In this document: piece by piece, positions 1 through 12,540 of the stretch | Layout of the letters: each line of letters begins with the position of its first letter | How positions within the stretch are numbered: position 1 is the first letter of the stretch | Translations under genes and position numbers: made by a program | The notes under the pieces: model-generated | What the model saw: only the letters and a program-made list of their open reading frames with translations | Told to the model about the DNA's origin: nothing | The model's database searches: none | Assembly (NCBI GenBank): GCA_050273025.1 | Contig: CP158635.1 | Location: 19,344,001 to 19,408,000, forward strand | Source of the DNA: Cenococcum geophilum | Lineage: Eukaryota | Reading direction: 5' to 3' | DNA: 64,000 nucleotides

Positions 1-2667
1 AATAGGAAACTTAGGTTATATATTAACTATAAATAGTTAAATAGTATTACTTAAAAGAATAGGTATTCTTTACCCTTAATTAGTAAAATCTAAGACTAGA
101 TAGGTAATACGTAAATCTTTATAAAGATAGATCTAAGATAGGCGTATTATTAGATTAAAATTAAAAAAGGTAATAAATAGAAGGCAGCCTTTAGGTTAAG
201 AGAAGGACTATATAAACTATTAGTTATATAATTTAGATTAATAAATACACCTATAATATTTTAGAAAAGAATTAATAGTATATTAGAAGAACACCTTAAT
301 AAGTTTATTATAGTATACCTTAATAATATTATTATTTACTTAATAACTAAGGAAGAATACGGGGAATATATTAAATGGGTTTTAAAGAGACTATAGGAAG
401 AATAGATGCTAGTAGTAATTAAAAAATACAAGTTCTTTATAAGGAAGACTAATTTTATTAAATTTATTATTAAACTAGATTATATTAGTATAAACCTAAA
501 GAAGATTAAAGCTATATTAAGTTAGCAAGAACTAGAAAATATAATACAGTTAAGGTTATTTTTAGGGTTTTATAATTACTATTAAAGGTTTATAGTATAA
601 TAGTTAAAGAATATTAAACCTTTTACTAGACTTATAAAGAAAGAGAAACTATAGGTATAGGGAGATAAATAAAGGAAGTTGTTAAAGGAACTTAAGGAGT
701 TGTTTACCTAGGAGCTAATCCTTAAGATTTATTAACTAGAATTAGATATAGTTATAAAAATAAACGTATTAAACTATATACTAAGAGTATACTTACTATA
801 AAAGTATAAGGACGTATAGCACCTAGTAGTATACTATAGTAGGAAAATAACACTACTAGAGTTAAACTATAACGTCTATAATAAGAAGTTATTAGGTATA
901 GTTATAGTACTTAAGGAATAGAAAGCATTTTTATAAAGCGTAAAAAAATTATTTATAATTAAAATAGATTATAAGAACCTAATAGGGTTTCTAATAATAA
1001 AAGAACTTAATTATAGATAGGTTAGATAGGTAGAGATACTTATAGAATACTATTTTAAAATTTAGTATATTAAAGGAACTAAGAATATAAAAGTAGACGC
1101 ACTTAGTAAAAAAGCTAAACTATAAAATAATAAAAAAAACTATTAGGAGTAATACTACGTAAAGATAATAATAGGTTAATTAAATATAATTACCCTAAGC
1201 TAGTAGTAACTTAAGAGGATAATAAACTAGAAAAAGTCTATAAGACACTAAAAAGCTTTTAGGTATAAAGAATTTTTAAAATATAGCTAGAAGAATAGTT
1301 AGAGTATCTAGAGAAAGAAATATTATATAAATATAGAGAAGTAAAGTATATCCTAAAGAGCATAGTAGAGCATTTTATAGAAGATTTCTATAAGGGAATA
1401 ACTTAAAGACATAATAGAGTAATAGGCTTAGTATTAAGACTTTAAGAAGAATATATTATTAATAGAATTTAAAATATCGCGAGAAAAGTAATAAAGGAGT
1501 ATCTAGATTGCTAAAGAAATAAATTAATAAGATATAAGTTATATAGAGGACTATAACCTATTAAAATACTAGAGAGACTATAGGAGGTTATATTATAGGA
1601 CTTTATTACTAAGTTACTAAAGTTAAGAGATCCTATTACTAGATAAGATTATAATATAATCTTAGTAATAGTAGACAAGTTAATTAAGTAGGGCTACTTT
1701 ATAGCATATACAGAAGAAATATTAGCAGAGGATATTGCTAGAATCTATATTAAAGAAGTATTTATAAGATATAGAGTACTAAGTAAGATTATATTAGATA
1801 GGGATTTAAGATTTATAGCAGCATTTTAGGAGGTATTTTTGGCAGAATAAGGGGTTTAAGTAGTAACTTCTATTATATACCACTTATAGACAGACGGTTA
1901 GATAGAAAGATTAAATTAGATATTAGAGCAGTATCTAAAATATTATATTAATTATATACAGAATAATTAGGTATTGCTATTACTAGTTATACAGTTTATA
2001 TATAATGTAATACTATAGGAAGAAATAGGCATATTACTATTAAGGTAAATTATGGATATAAGCTAAGAATATTGTTATTATTATAGTAAGTAAAAAAAAA
2101 ATAAGTAGTATAGCTAAAGAAAGAATAAAGACGTTAATAAATCTTTATATAAACCTTATAGAATTAGTAAAGAAAGTATAAGAAAGGATAAAAAAGTACT
2201 ATAATACTAAGAGATCTAAGGGACTAGATCTTAAGGAGGGAAATAAAGTATGGCTACTATACAAAATTTTTAAGAGTTAACAACTAAGTAAGAAGTTAGA
2301 CTATATTAAACTAGAACCTTTTAAAATTATATAAAGGATTTTACTAGTTATATTTAAGTTAAACCTACTAGCTAAAATAAAAATTTACCCTATATAGTAT
2401 ATTATAATACTAAAACTAGTATATAGAAATATTAAGCTATTAGTTTATAAGGCAGATATATATAGAGGGTAAGAAGAAGATAAATAGTAAGTTTTAAAGA
2501 TTATTAATTATAAGGATATTAACAATAAAATATAGTATAAGGTTAAGTAGATAGGCTATACTAAGACTACTTAGGAACTACTAGAGAATTTAAAAAACGC
2601 TATAAGAAAAGTAGAGGAGTATTAGAAGAGATTAGGTTAAGTAGTATTAATAAAGAAGAATTACTAA
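1..2667 (+). pseudogene. Gypsy pol remnant (RT-RNaseH-integrase-chromodomain)
   Basis: Translates to RKLRLYINYK*LNSIT*KNRYSLPLI, VYLNNIIIY (YLDD), NYNVYNKKLLGIV (RNase H), YH L*TDG*IERLN (integrase) and a C-terminal chromodomain-like W*VLKII...YKVK*IGY. Many stops, consistent with RIP. Confidence 0.92.
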
Positions 2668-2669
2668 AG

Positions 2670-3272
2670 AATAAGTCACCTAAGGGGGACCTAGGAAGAG
2701 TCGTTACTAAACTACTTAGATTTATTTTCTTTCTAGCCTAAGGAAAATCCGTTTTTTTATTGCTAAGTTTTTATAAACCTTATTTTATAAGTTTCTACTC
2801 TTTAAAATAGACCTTTTTATAACCCTTTTTAAGATAGATTAACTAAGCGGACGCCATAAGATAAGACTTAAGGGCCCGTTACTAAGTATTAGTAGCCTCC
2901 TATTTAGCATTATAAGAATAATATAACTCCGCTAGGGTAACTAATAGTTTATTATCTAGCCGCGCAGCAGTAGATTAAATACAAAACTCTAAGATAAATT
3001 AGTTAAGAAATTAGATAACTATTAAGAGTAATAGATTGTATATATTTAGTATTAGAGATAGAGTAAATATTATAAGATAAATAAATATTCGCTTTAGTGC
3101 ACTCTAAGTAAGAGGACGGTTATTGTGAAGATAGGTTTATTAATATAATATAAACTAACCCCTCTTTTAAATAGCGAGAATATAAAAACGGTATAATCTT
3201 ACTAAGAGATAATATCGTAGTAATAGTACGAGCGCGACGAGCAGTTAAAGAAGAAGAAGAAGCTTTAGGTAT
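2670..3272 (-). pseudogene. Antisense accessory ORF in Gypsy 3' region with Zn2Cys6-like cysteine spacing (RIP-mutated)
   Basis: Minus strand from 3272 reads (M)PKASSSLTARRARTITILSLSKIIPFLYSRYLKEGLVYIILINLSSQ*PSSYLECTKANIYLSYN. Reverting TAT/TAC to TGT/TGC gives C-x2-C-x6-C-x13-C-x2-C-x8-C. 3' extent is approximate. Confidence 0.6.
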
Positions 3273-3380
3273 AATAAGTAATAATATTAACCAAATTAAT
3301 TAAATGGGTATTATACCTCTGGTAAGCAACTTAAAGATATTTAAAATCTTTAAGGACGAAGATAAAGAGGAGGGAGATAG

Positions 3381-3801
3381 TGTTATAAACGCTTTAAGTA
3401 TAATATTATAACTACTTAGAGAAGAGTTAGAAGAAGCTAGTTAATTAATATAGGTACGGTTTAGAATAGAGCTGATAGAACTATATAATAAGGAATAGTA
3501 GCTAAGGTTATATAACGTAATCTATATAATTTATAGGATCTATATAATCTAAAATAGAGTAAATAGAGTATACATACCTTACGTATAAAGGGGATTTCTT
3601 AGAAGTATAGTTATATATTTAAAGGACCATAGTCCCTACCTAAATAGTTCTCTCCTTTATAGTAAATCTTAGAATACAATTAGAGTTAATCTATTAGGCA
3701 ACCACTCTACTAAGTTATTATTACGTTGTTAACTATTCTATACCTATATACCTAGCCCATTAATAAGTCTACCGTAGTTCCTACTATAAGACTTTATTAC
3801 A
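3381..3801 (+). repeat. 3' LTR of Gypsy element A
   Basis: Starts TG directly after the PPT and ends CA at the junction with captain coding sequence. The partner LTR is not in the window. Confidence 0.75.
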
Positions 3802-5089
3802 AAATGGTTTAGCTATTTAGAGTCCTTACTAACTGGTAGAATATAGAAATATCGTCTAGTTTCCAATTTAGCTATAATAGTAGCTTATTATAACCTGGCT
3901 TAATATAGAGCTTACTTAGCTCCTTAGGAGATATAAGATTATATACTATAAACGCCTAATTAGTAAAAAGGAGACTAAGAAGGAAGATATAGGGGCTAAA
4001 GGTAAGGGATAGGGAAGGTATTTCTAGTTAGTAGGTAAGTATTAGTACTTATTTTATAACGTTATAAATAGTAGAAACTAAAAGGAAAGGATAGAACTTT
4101 AAAAACCTATATATCTTTTACACTAAGGTACTCCCTTATAAATTTAAATATAAATTTTAGTAAAATATAGTGGAGCCCACCCTCTAGGTCCTAGAGTAGC
4201 GTAACCCTAATATACTAATAGTAGAGATTAAGGAGGGCTTAAGGCCGATTTATAATAAAACTACCCAGTTATAAATATAGCTAGAGTAGTATCCTATAGC
4301 GTCTATAGGAGTACCTCTTTTTAGTCGTTATTAGGTTTATCTACAGCACTTTTATAAGGTCCTCTATATATATATAGGGCTTCTCTAGCCCTATCTTCTT
4401 TAAGCTATACTTTTTAGCTAGCTTTTTAAGCACCTAACCCCTAAAATTAGTTATATCTAAAGCCTGGGGTATATAATATCTAAAAGCAGTTAAAATACGC
4501 TCACCTTATATATATTCCTATTTAACCGACTATTAAGCTTTATACTAGTCGCTCTTTTATATATAAGGCGGTAGACCTTCTAGTATATCTTAAGGGAGCT
4601 TAATACCTTAGTTCTACAGCGCCTCCTTCTTTCTTTCCCTTAGTATTAATTAAGTAGCTAGTTAAAAAAAAGCTATAAAGATTGCAAAAAGAGATAGTTA
4701 TATAGGCCTTTTAAGGGTTCTTTCCTAAATACGCCCAGAACCTATACTATATATTAGCGCTATTAGGGTAGTATAACACGGTAGGGAAATGGAAAGAGAT
4801 AGGCTGCTTACTAATACCACTACTTTTTAATGCGGTTAAGTAGACGGGTACTACTAGGTTTATAATCCTTCTTTATATATTCTGCTTTATTAAACGTGTT
4901 AAGCTATTTAAGGTAGTACTTAGGCGAGTAGCCTTTATTAGCAAGAAGCTATACCCAATTATTATTGTTTTTATTACTATAGGTATTAATATTAGTTAAG
5001 TCTATACTAGAACTAGCTTTATTAGTTTTTAAATTTATATATTTACTCTCCTTAGACAAAGAGTATTTATTTAATAGGTATTATCGCAT
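3802..5089 (-). pseudogene. DUF3435 tyrosine recombinase (Starship 'captain'), 5' half, RIP-inactivated and interrupted by Gypsy A
   Basis: Spliced minus-strand translation gives DYKPSSTRLLNRIKK*W, intron 4742-4811, FWAYLGKNP...SSLKIY*KVYRLIYKRATSIKLNSRLNRNIYK, intron 4434-4504, VLKKLAKKYSL...EKPYIYIEDL...TTKKRYSYRRYRILL*LYL*LGSFIINRP*ALLNLYY*YIRVTLL*DLEGGLHYILLKFIFKFIREYLSVKD, then NTFPIP...SPYIFLLSLLFTN*AF. This matches the DUF3435 consensus as I know it (NRPxALL, RVTLLRDPEGGPH, NTFPIP). Start codon is approximate. Confidence 0.88.
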
Positions 5090-5349
5090 ATTACGTTATT
5101 ATTAGCAAATATATTAAAGAAAGGAGGGTTAGTATAATACTGCTATTAATAAATGCTTAAAGATAAGTAAGGTAGATAGTAAGTAGAATAGGTAGGTCTA
5201 ATAAAAGAAGAGAAGATAGATAGCTACTTATAGTTAATAAGTAAGGGTAAAGCTATTTTAAATATACTAGCCAGCCAAATTTAGAGGGGCCTATTTTAGC
5301 GCCTAATGGTAATAGAAGTAAAGACAGTTTGCTGAAGTCTAAAGGTATA

Positions 5350-5596
5350 TATTAGTATAACTTTTACAACGTGCAGAATATATATATCACAATGATATAT
5401 ACTATGCGGTGTTATAAATAGATGATTTTATTCTCTAAGATCTACGCGTCGCGAGAGGTAAGGCTTATCGCGTGTTCTCCTATGACCTCTGTCAACCAAT
5501 TACGATTTTCTATGCCCGGCATGGAAAATCGCCATTGGCTCGCTTACCACTAGCGCCTTAGCCGCCCTTACGATGTGTCTAACACTTTTAGCTACA
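5350..5596 (-). repeat. Copia 3' LTR
   Basis: Near-identical to 11114-11360, differing by transitions; T(G>A)TTAG...GCTACA ends. Confidence 0.93.
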
Positions 5597-5722
5597 CTAG
5601 GAATACTTTAGAAAATGTAAAGATCTGGTATCCTACAACTGTGCAATTTAAAAATCCATATACGCACTTCTCCTTCCTTCCTTCCTTGCTATTATAGTAT
5701 AGGTTATAATAGTACCAGGTAG

Positions 5723-5846
5723 TGTTATAGGTGCAGGTAGATTGCTATAGGTTGCCACAGATTGCCGTAGATTGCGGTTACGTGACACAGAGATTATATA
5801 CACCCTCTTTATTATATTCACACATTAATTAACTAAGTTACTAACA
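5723..5846 (+). repeat. Short LTR derivative related to the Gypsy D LTR, lying inside the Copia 3' end
   Basis: TGTTATAG...CTAACA. GTTGCCACAGATTGCCG-A-ATTGCGGT-ACGTGA and the terminal ~21 bp match the reverse complement of LTR 56071-56287. No TSD seen; left end uncertain. Confidence 0.55.
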
Positions 5847-5849
5847 TAG

Positions 5850-8800
5850 TGCGTTTTACCCATTCCACTATCTTTAACTTAATTCGGTTTATGTCGATAA
5901 GTCGCTTAAGGGCTAATAATGGTTTGCTTTTAGTTATAGCGTCCATAGGGTTACTGTCTCCGTTAATCCATTTAACTTCCGCTATTTCGCATCTTTTATA
6001 TAACTAGCGTAGGCATATAACATTAATTATAAGTCTCTTCTCTTATATAGTTCCTAGTTTAATAAGGCATTTATAAATTAACTTAGAATTAGTGCAAAGA
6101 ATAAGCAAGAGGTTGATATTAAGTTATAATTTAATTGTGGCCTTAATTGCAGCGCCAATATTAAAACTATAGGCCATAGCATATAATTTGGAGGCTAGTA
6201 CGCTTTTAGTGATTCTCTTACACTTAACTAAGGACTAGTGGACAATATTCGCCTTGTTTAATAAGTCTGCTAGTACTAGGATATATCCAATCTATAATAA
6301 GAGGTCTTTATTATTTATAAATGAGGAATCAGTAAATATAAGTAGTTAAAGTGTCTTTATATCAAGCTTAATAAAGCTTAAGCCTCTTATTGAGTTCTTA
6401 ATTTGCTACTAAATTCTCTTATTAAGTAGTTTTACGTCTTTCTCGTTAGGGTTAATTACCTAGGCAGCGTAGGATAAATTAAAAGAAGCTTTAGGCTGGC
6501 ATACGGACGCAATATAAGCTCCTCTTACTCGTTGGGCGATATATTAGTCCTTAGGTATAAGTGCTATACAAATAGTGCCTCTGGAACTGGTTATTATAGT
6601 AGCTTCCTTAATATTAATAAGGGTCAAGTTCTGGCATTAGCGCTTTTATATGAGCGTAATTATATAATCCTATTGTTGGATAATGCCTCCGTTAAACTTA
6701 ATTGGGTATTCCAGTATAAGTTGCTCGCGTTCTTTAGTTAAAAACTTAGCTTTTTTAATTTTCTCCTATTCCAAAGCTACAAAAACTAAGTTAGCTAGTA
6801 GGAGGGTATTATTAGTCTATAAACCAACTATTCCGAAACTTATAGTATTATTAAGGTAAAGTAGGTAGGGGTTATAAGTAGATTGGTTCATGTTTAGTTC
6901 TTTAATATAGTGGTTATAGTAAGTCTTAAACTAATAATTGCCTGCCTTAGGAATGCCGTATAAAGGTCTAACGACCTTTAGAATTGTGTCTTATAAGACT
7001 CTAAGCGCTGTACTAAGTTTAAGAGGTGCTTTAATATAAAAGTCTCGGTTTAGTTTTATAGTTAATTATATATAGGCCTATAAAATGTCTTATAAGTAGA
7101 GATATATACCATTGTTTTAAGTTATAGCTATAATGCAAAGAATAAGGCGTTAGCTAACTCGTTAAATTATAGGTAATTGGGTTAGTACGAGGTCTTTCTC
7201 TAGGTCGTTGTAGGCCTATATAACTAGTCTTAACTTCTTAAAGGCTTTATCAGTGCCGGGGTTCTTAATCTCGTTAACAAATCTAGAGTTAAATACTCTA
7301 TTGCCTTGTGGTATATCCTTAGGGTTAACTAATTTAAAAACTCCTTTCTTAAGCAATCCCTTAATCTCCTTCTGGCGTAATACTGTAAACTAATTAGGAT
7401 TTATAAGTTAATTATTATCCTCATCCTGCAGATAAATTAAGATATTTATAGTATTTGCTTTAATAGGGTACTTACATGGTCTACCTTTTCCATATTTAAC
7501 GGGTTAAGGTCTAGGCTTAGTTTAAGGTTAAGGTTTAGGCTTGGTTTAAGGTAAAAGTAGTTTAATATCGTCATCTTCTAGTTGCGTATCTTCTGTGATT
7601 TCGGGGTCTACTATATATAGTTTAACAACTATGCTGCGGAAGTTAGTAGGTCTATAGGGAAGTTGTATAGTATAGGTCTTATTTTTAATGCTAAGTAGGT
7701 TATACGGACCAGACCAGTAGCTAGGTTAGCCTATAGGTCCTTCTCTCTATACTAATATAGGTAAGTTAAGCGGTAGGTTATAAATCGCGGTTATCTTGGG
7801 TCTGTTACGCATATTAAGGGCATCTACTACTTAGCGCTTAGCTCTAAGCTTCTTAACTTCTTCTATAGCCTTTTTAAGAGCTACTACTTGTTTTATAACC
7901 GTAGGATTGGGTGCGTCGGATTCTACTATATATAGGTAAGCTCCGAATACTAACAAGGTAGGTATAAGACCATTAGGGCCTGCGGAGTTGTTGATTGCTT
8001 TAAAAGCCATTTATAAAGCCATGTCTTTGTTAATATCCGGTAGTTCCGCAATAATAATATGGTATATGCGACGGAGGGGGCTATAGTAACGTTCTACTAT
8101 TCTAACTAAATTATAGGCTTCGATAGGTACGCCTTTTGTAACTATTCCAAGTATTATAGCGTATTGTTTAAATTCTTTGCTTATGAAGTTCTTGCCTGCG
8201 TTGTATATAATAATATTAGGGGGTCCTAGGTATATGTTAATCCAGCACATTTGTAGTATATCCCATATATGCTTGGCGCTAATGCTTTATAGCCATCTGC
8301 TGGCTTAAAATCGTGTTCCTTTATTAATAATATATAGTAGAGGTGTGCCATTAATATACATAATATTAACCACGATTAAGTAGTTAAAATTAATATTATT
8401 ATATAAGGTAAATCTAAATCTACTAGGCGACTTTTTATATTTTTAATAATGGTGGCAGTAATATGTAAGATAGTCTAAAGTCTTACTATTAATATCGTGC
8501 CCTAAGCGTTCAAGTATTCATACAAGACGCTTAACTAAAGGGTAGCCGAAGCAACGATGTAGTCGTCTTAATTCAATGTTAGTTAAGTAGTAAGGGTTTT
8601 AATTAAATAATATAGTTAAGTAGTTACATAGGGATGTGTTTTAAAGGAGGAATAGATAGCTAAAGCGACGTATAACTAGTACTTCGCTCTAAGGGGTAAT
8701 TAGTATATTTTTCAGGTTGTTAAAGTACACTTATAGTTAATCTATATCTGCCAGGCAGAGTAAAAATAGGGTGTTAACTTTAATAATATGAAACTTAATT

Positions 8801-10761
8801 ATGCCAATTAGGGTAGTTACTTTAGTTAATTTAATTAATGAGGTTAATCTGATGCCGAATTGTACATTAATTATACCTTATGCGGTGGTATTAAGTTATA
8901 CACTAGTATTAAGTCTTTAGAATGCTAAAAATTGGCCATATCCTACTATAGATCGTTTAGATGCTCCTATATTAATTATTATACCTATAAAGTAGTCTGC
9001 AGTATAGCGGGACGTGGATATGGTTGCATTATAGGTAAAGGGGTCCTGGTTAGTTATAAGAGGTGTTATATTATCTATGGTTATAACCAAATAGCTAAAG
9101 GCTTTATTAGCTAGGGTAGCAGCTATAAAAGTTACTTTATGCTGTTCTACTTGGCCAAAAGAGGTATAGAAGTGGTTAATATCTAGTTAAGAGTTCTTGT
9201 CGGTTGCCTTATAATTTGTGTTAATAGTTAGTGCTTAGAAAGCTTCCTTAAGCTCTTCTTCTAAGTTAATATTGTTATCTTCGTAGTCTATAATATATTA
9301 ATTAAGTCATTTATTAAATCGGTTATTAAATTTACTAAACTTATCTCTATTAGCGGTTCTAAACTTAGCTTTAGACTCTTCTTATTCTTCTTAAATATGG
9401 TTTTATAATCGGCAGCCTTCCTTATTATATATAAAGCAACGTGGTTTATAATATAGAGAGAAATAAGGGCGGGTGCGGTTGCGGTTATAGTTTCGGTCGT
9501 AAGTTCGGTTTTAATATTAGTTATAGTTTTGATACTAATTATAGTTATTCTCCCTTCCAAAGTACCAACAATCTATGTAGTAAGCTTAAGTTTAAGCTTA
9601 CTCTAGGTTCTGTTTTTTATAAGCCATAATTAAGGACTATAGTTTATTAATAAGGGGGCCTAGTTCTTAAGGTGGGTCTAATACAGCGAATTAGTATACA
9701 TGAATTCCCTAGTAAGATGTAACAAGTTTATTAGTTAGGAATAGTATTATTTATAGTTCTAGGGTAAGGCCATGCTATAGTTGGGAGAGTGTATTAATTA
9801 ATATTTGGAGGCAATCGCTAGTTAATTTGTCTATATTCTTATCTATTATCGTCCTTAATAAGATTGCATTCTATTTACTAAGGTTCTTACGCTCTAAGCC
9901 AGGGCCTTTAAAGAAATTACGAAGGTGCCTATAAGCGTCTTTAAATAAGAGATTACTAAGTCCGCTGTTAAAGTACTAGTTTAAGGCTAGACCTATTAAT
10001 ATAATTAGTAAAGCTTTATTATAAGCCTCTTATAGAATATTAAATTGGTTACAGATGTTATAGAAGATAGTAAGTTTATAATTAAAGCTGCTATTTATAC
10101 CATTATATTTAAGTTCCTCTATATATATCTTTACTGCGTTAGAAATCTCTTTACCCTATCCTAATATAGTTAGCATCTATAGAAGGGGAGCGGTTTGGGG
10201 TTATAGGGTTACATACGGTAAAGGTCCTACTAGTATTCCTTTAGATAGTGGTAGGGTTATAATCTAGACACTTAATGGTTATTATAGTTGAAATAGGGTT
10301 ATGCGAACTATTAGGTCTTGTAATACTTTATAGTTAAGACCGCGCTTAAGTATATTGTTTATTTTATTTAACTAAAACCTATTTCTATTTAGCTCATCAT
10401 ATACCTTATCTAAGTTCTCTTAAGTCTAGGAATATTAGCGTTCTTCCTAGGTTAATTTAAATAAGAGTTGCGTATATATTATACGTTTCTCCTTTATATG
10501 TACGTATACTCCTCTATATCGTAGGAAGGTATACATGCTTTAAAGGTACTATATATTTACTTTTAAAAATATATTAATACTAAATGTTTTAAAATCGTCT
10601 TAGAAGGAGGACCAAAGTCTATTATCTATTAACTTGTACTTATTGTATTCCTATAACTTAAATAGTATAAAGTCTATAAGGTCTTTACTAGTTGCCGTTT
10701 ATATATTAATCCCGTTCCTCTATTATTCTATTTCTACCTTCTAGTCTATAGGTATAGCCAT
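5850..10761 (-). pseudogene. Copia gag-pol remnant
   Basis: Probable ATG at 10761; stop-riddled integrase, RT and RNase H motifs, ending ...KIVEWVKR near 5850. Confidence 0.85.
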
Positions 10762-11113
10762 CTTAAAAGAAATAAGGAAGATGCGTAGAATAGTTTAGGG
10801 GATAGTTTAAGTGGTTATTTAAGGGATAGTTTAAGTGGTGGTTAGGGTGGTCGCGTTTTTAGTATGGTCGCGTTCTTAACGTGGTTACGTTAACTACTGG
10901 TATAGTGGTCTGTCTCTAGTTAAGGTGGAGCATTAGACGTCTTCTAAATCCAGGGTAGATTTAAGGTATTTCTGGGTAAGGTGGAGCGTTAGACGTCTTC
11001 CAAATCCAAAGTACTTTAATTCTCTTTAACTGAAATAGGGCCTTTATAAGGTGGAGCGTAAACGTCTTTTAAGCAAGTGCGTATCTCCTAATCTATGCGC
11101 GCTCACTAATTAG

Positions 11114-11360
11114 TGTTAGTATAACTTTTATAACGTGCAGAATATATATATTATAATAATATGTACTATACGGTGTTATAGATAGATGATTTTATTCTCT
11201 AAGATCTACGCGTCGCAAGAGGTAAGGCTTATCGCGTGTTCTCCTGTGACCTCTGTTAACCAATCACGATTTTCTATGCCCGGCATGGAAAATCGCCATT
11301 AGCTCGCTTACCACTAGCGCCTTGGCCGCCCTCATGATGTGTCTAACACTTCTAGCTATA
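11114..11360 (-). repeat. Copia 5' LTR
   Basis: Pair of 5350-5596, followed by TSD GTATA. Confidence 0.93.
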
Positions 11361-11965
11361 GTATATAAGTATACGGCGTATCTAGGCGTACCTTAGCGTT
11401 AAAAAAGGCCAAGGGTGCCTTGCTCTATTGCTAACATTATTTGCGCCTGGGCTAGGCTAATACAGGCAATCCGGACAGCCTTAGCGCTTAGGCCACTAGC
11501 CGCAGGTTTTGGGGTTTTTTCGGGCAAATCGGCCTCAGAAAACGGCGTCACAAACCGCCAAAAACGGCGGCCAAGTCGCCGTCTAATTGTTTAAGGTAGG
11601 AAGCAAAATCCGTAAAATAGATATTGCGGATATCTAATTTATTTATTTATATAACGCGTTATTATTACCAAAAGTTAATACAATATTTTTAAGACTTAGG
11701 GCTTCTAAATGGTATAAATTTTATAATATAGCTATTGCTTAGTCCTAATATTAATTTCGTTAAAGTTAAAAAACGCGTTATTAAAAGCGTAAGCACATAT
11801 TATATCTTATTAAATGGTTTACTAATATAGACAAAACTATATAGATACATAGATATCTACTACTTAAAGCTATTACAACACCTAGTAGGTGCTGTAGTTA
11901 GGTCCTTCCTTAAAAATATCCTCCCTTAGCCCGGAGTGCTTCTGCTACTACTAGGTAAGCTTTAG

Positions 11966-12540
11966 GCAGAGCCTCGTGTAGAGCCTTAGTAGAGCTTCGT
12001 GTAGAGCTTCGTGCAGAGCTTCGTGCAGAGCTTTGTGTAGAGCCACGTGCAGCCGTGTAGACGTATAGATGTGCAGACGTGCAGACGTGTAGACGTGCGG
12101 ACGTGCAGACGTTTGTACAGGCGATTAATTGCAGAGATGTTTATAGAGACGATTGTATGGGCAATTGATTAATTGATTGTATGGGCGTTCGTACGGGCAT
12201 TCGTACGGGCGTTCGTACGGGTGATTATAGAACCTTCCTAGTATATTAGTGCTGTGTGTTAGTAGAGCTTTAGAGCTCTATATAGGGCTTTAAGTAGAGC
12301 TTTAAGCAGAGCTTTAAGTAGAGCTTCGAGCAGAGCTTTGTGTAGGGCTTCGAGCAGAGCTTCGAGCAGAGCTTCGAGCAGAGCTTCAAGCAGAGCTTTT
12401 ACGGAGCTTCGTGCGGAGCTTCGTGCAGAGGTTTTGTAGAGGTTTGGTAGAGCTCCGTGCAGAGCTCTGTGCAGGTCTCCCCCTAAGCTTCGTTCCGCAG
12501 AGCTCTCATAAAGCTCTACGGTTCTACGCAGACGCAGAGC
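11966..12540. repeat. Compound minisatellite (12-bp GCAGAGCTTCG(T/A), 8-bp GTGCAGAC and 12-bp TTCGTACGGGC(A/G) units)
   Basis: Directly visible tandem arrays at ~11966-12050, 12055-12112, 12180-12222 and 12285-12470. Confidence 0.85.

Larger units (their letters stand above)
1..3801 (+). mobile_element. Ty3/Gypsy chromovirus-type LTR retrotransposon (element A), RIP-degraded, 5' part outside window
   Basis: Degenerate pol 1-2667, polypurine tract AAAGAGGAGGGAGATAG (3364-3380), then TGTTA...TTACA 3' LTR (3381-3801). The captain reading frame resumes immediately after 3801. Confidence 0.9.
5350..11360 (-). mobile_element. Complete Ty1/Copia LTR retrotransposon, RIP-degraded
   Basis: 247-bp LTRs at 5350-5596 and 11114-11360; 5-bp TSD GTATA (5345-5349 and 11361-11365). 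Minus-strand domain order integrase (CWINIYLGPP), RT (VVRPLYGIPKAG, VGL*TNNTL), RNase H (IFTDSSFINNKD). Confidence 0.93.

Noticed and set aside
5116..5349. Apparent PPT plus LTR start (AAAGAAAGGAGGGTTAG-TATAATAC), suggesting the captain lies inside Gypsy A
   Set aside because: A better PPT/LTR at 3364-3801 ends exactly where the captain frame is cut, so Gypsy A is inserted into the captain and this stretch is captain upstream DNA.
6532..9629. Short ORF-track ORFs in the Copia
   Set aside because: Fragments or antisense frames of RIP-destroyed gag-pol.
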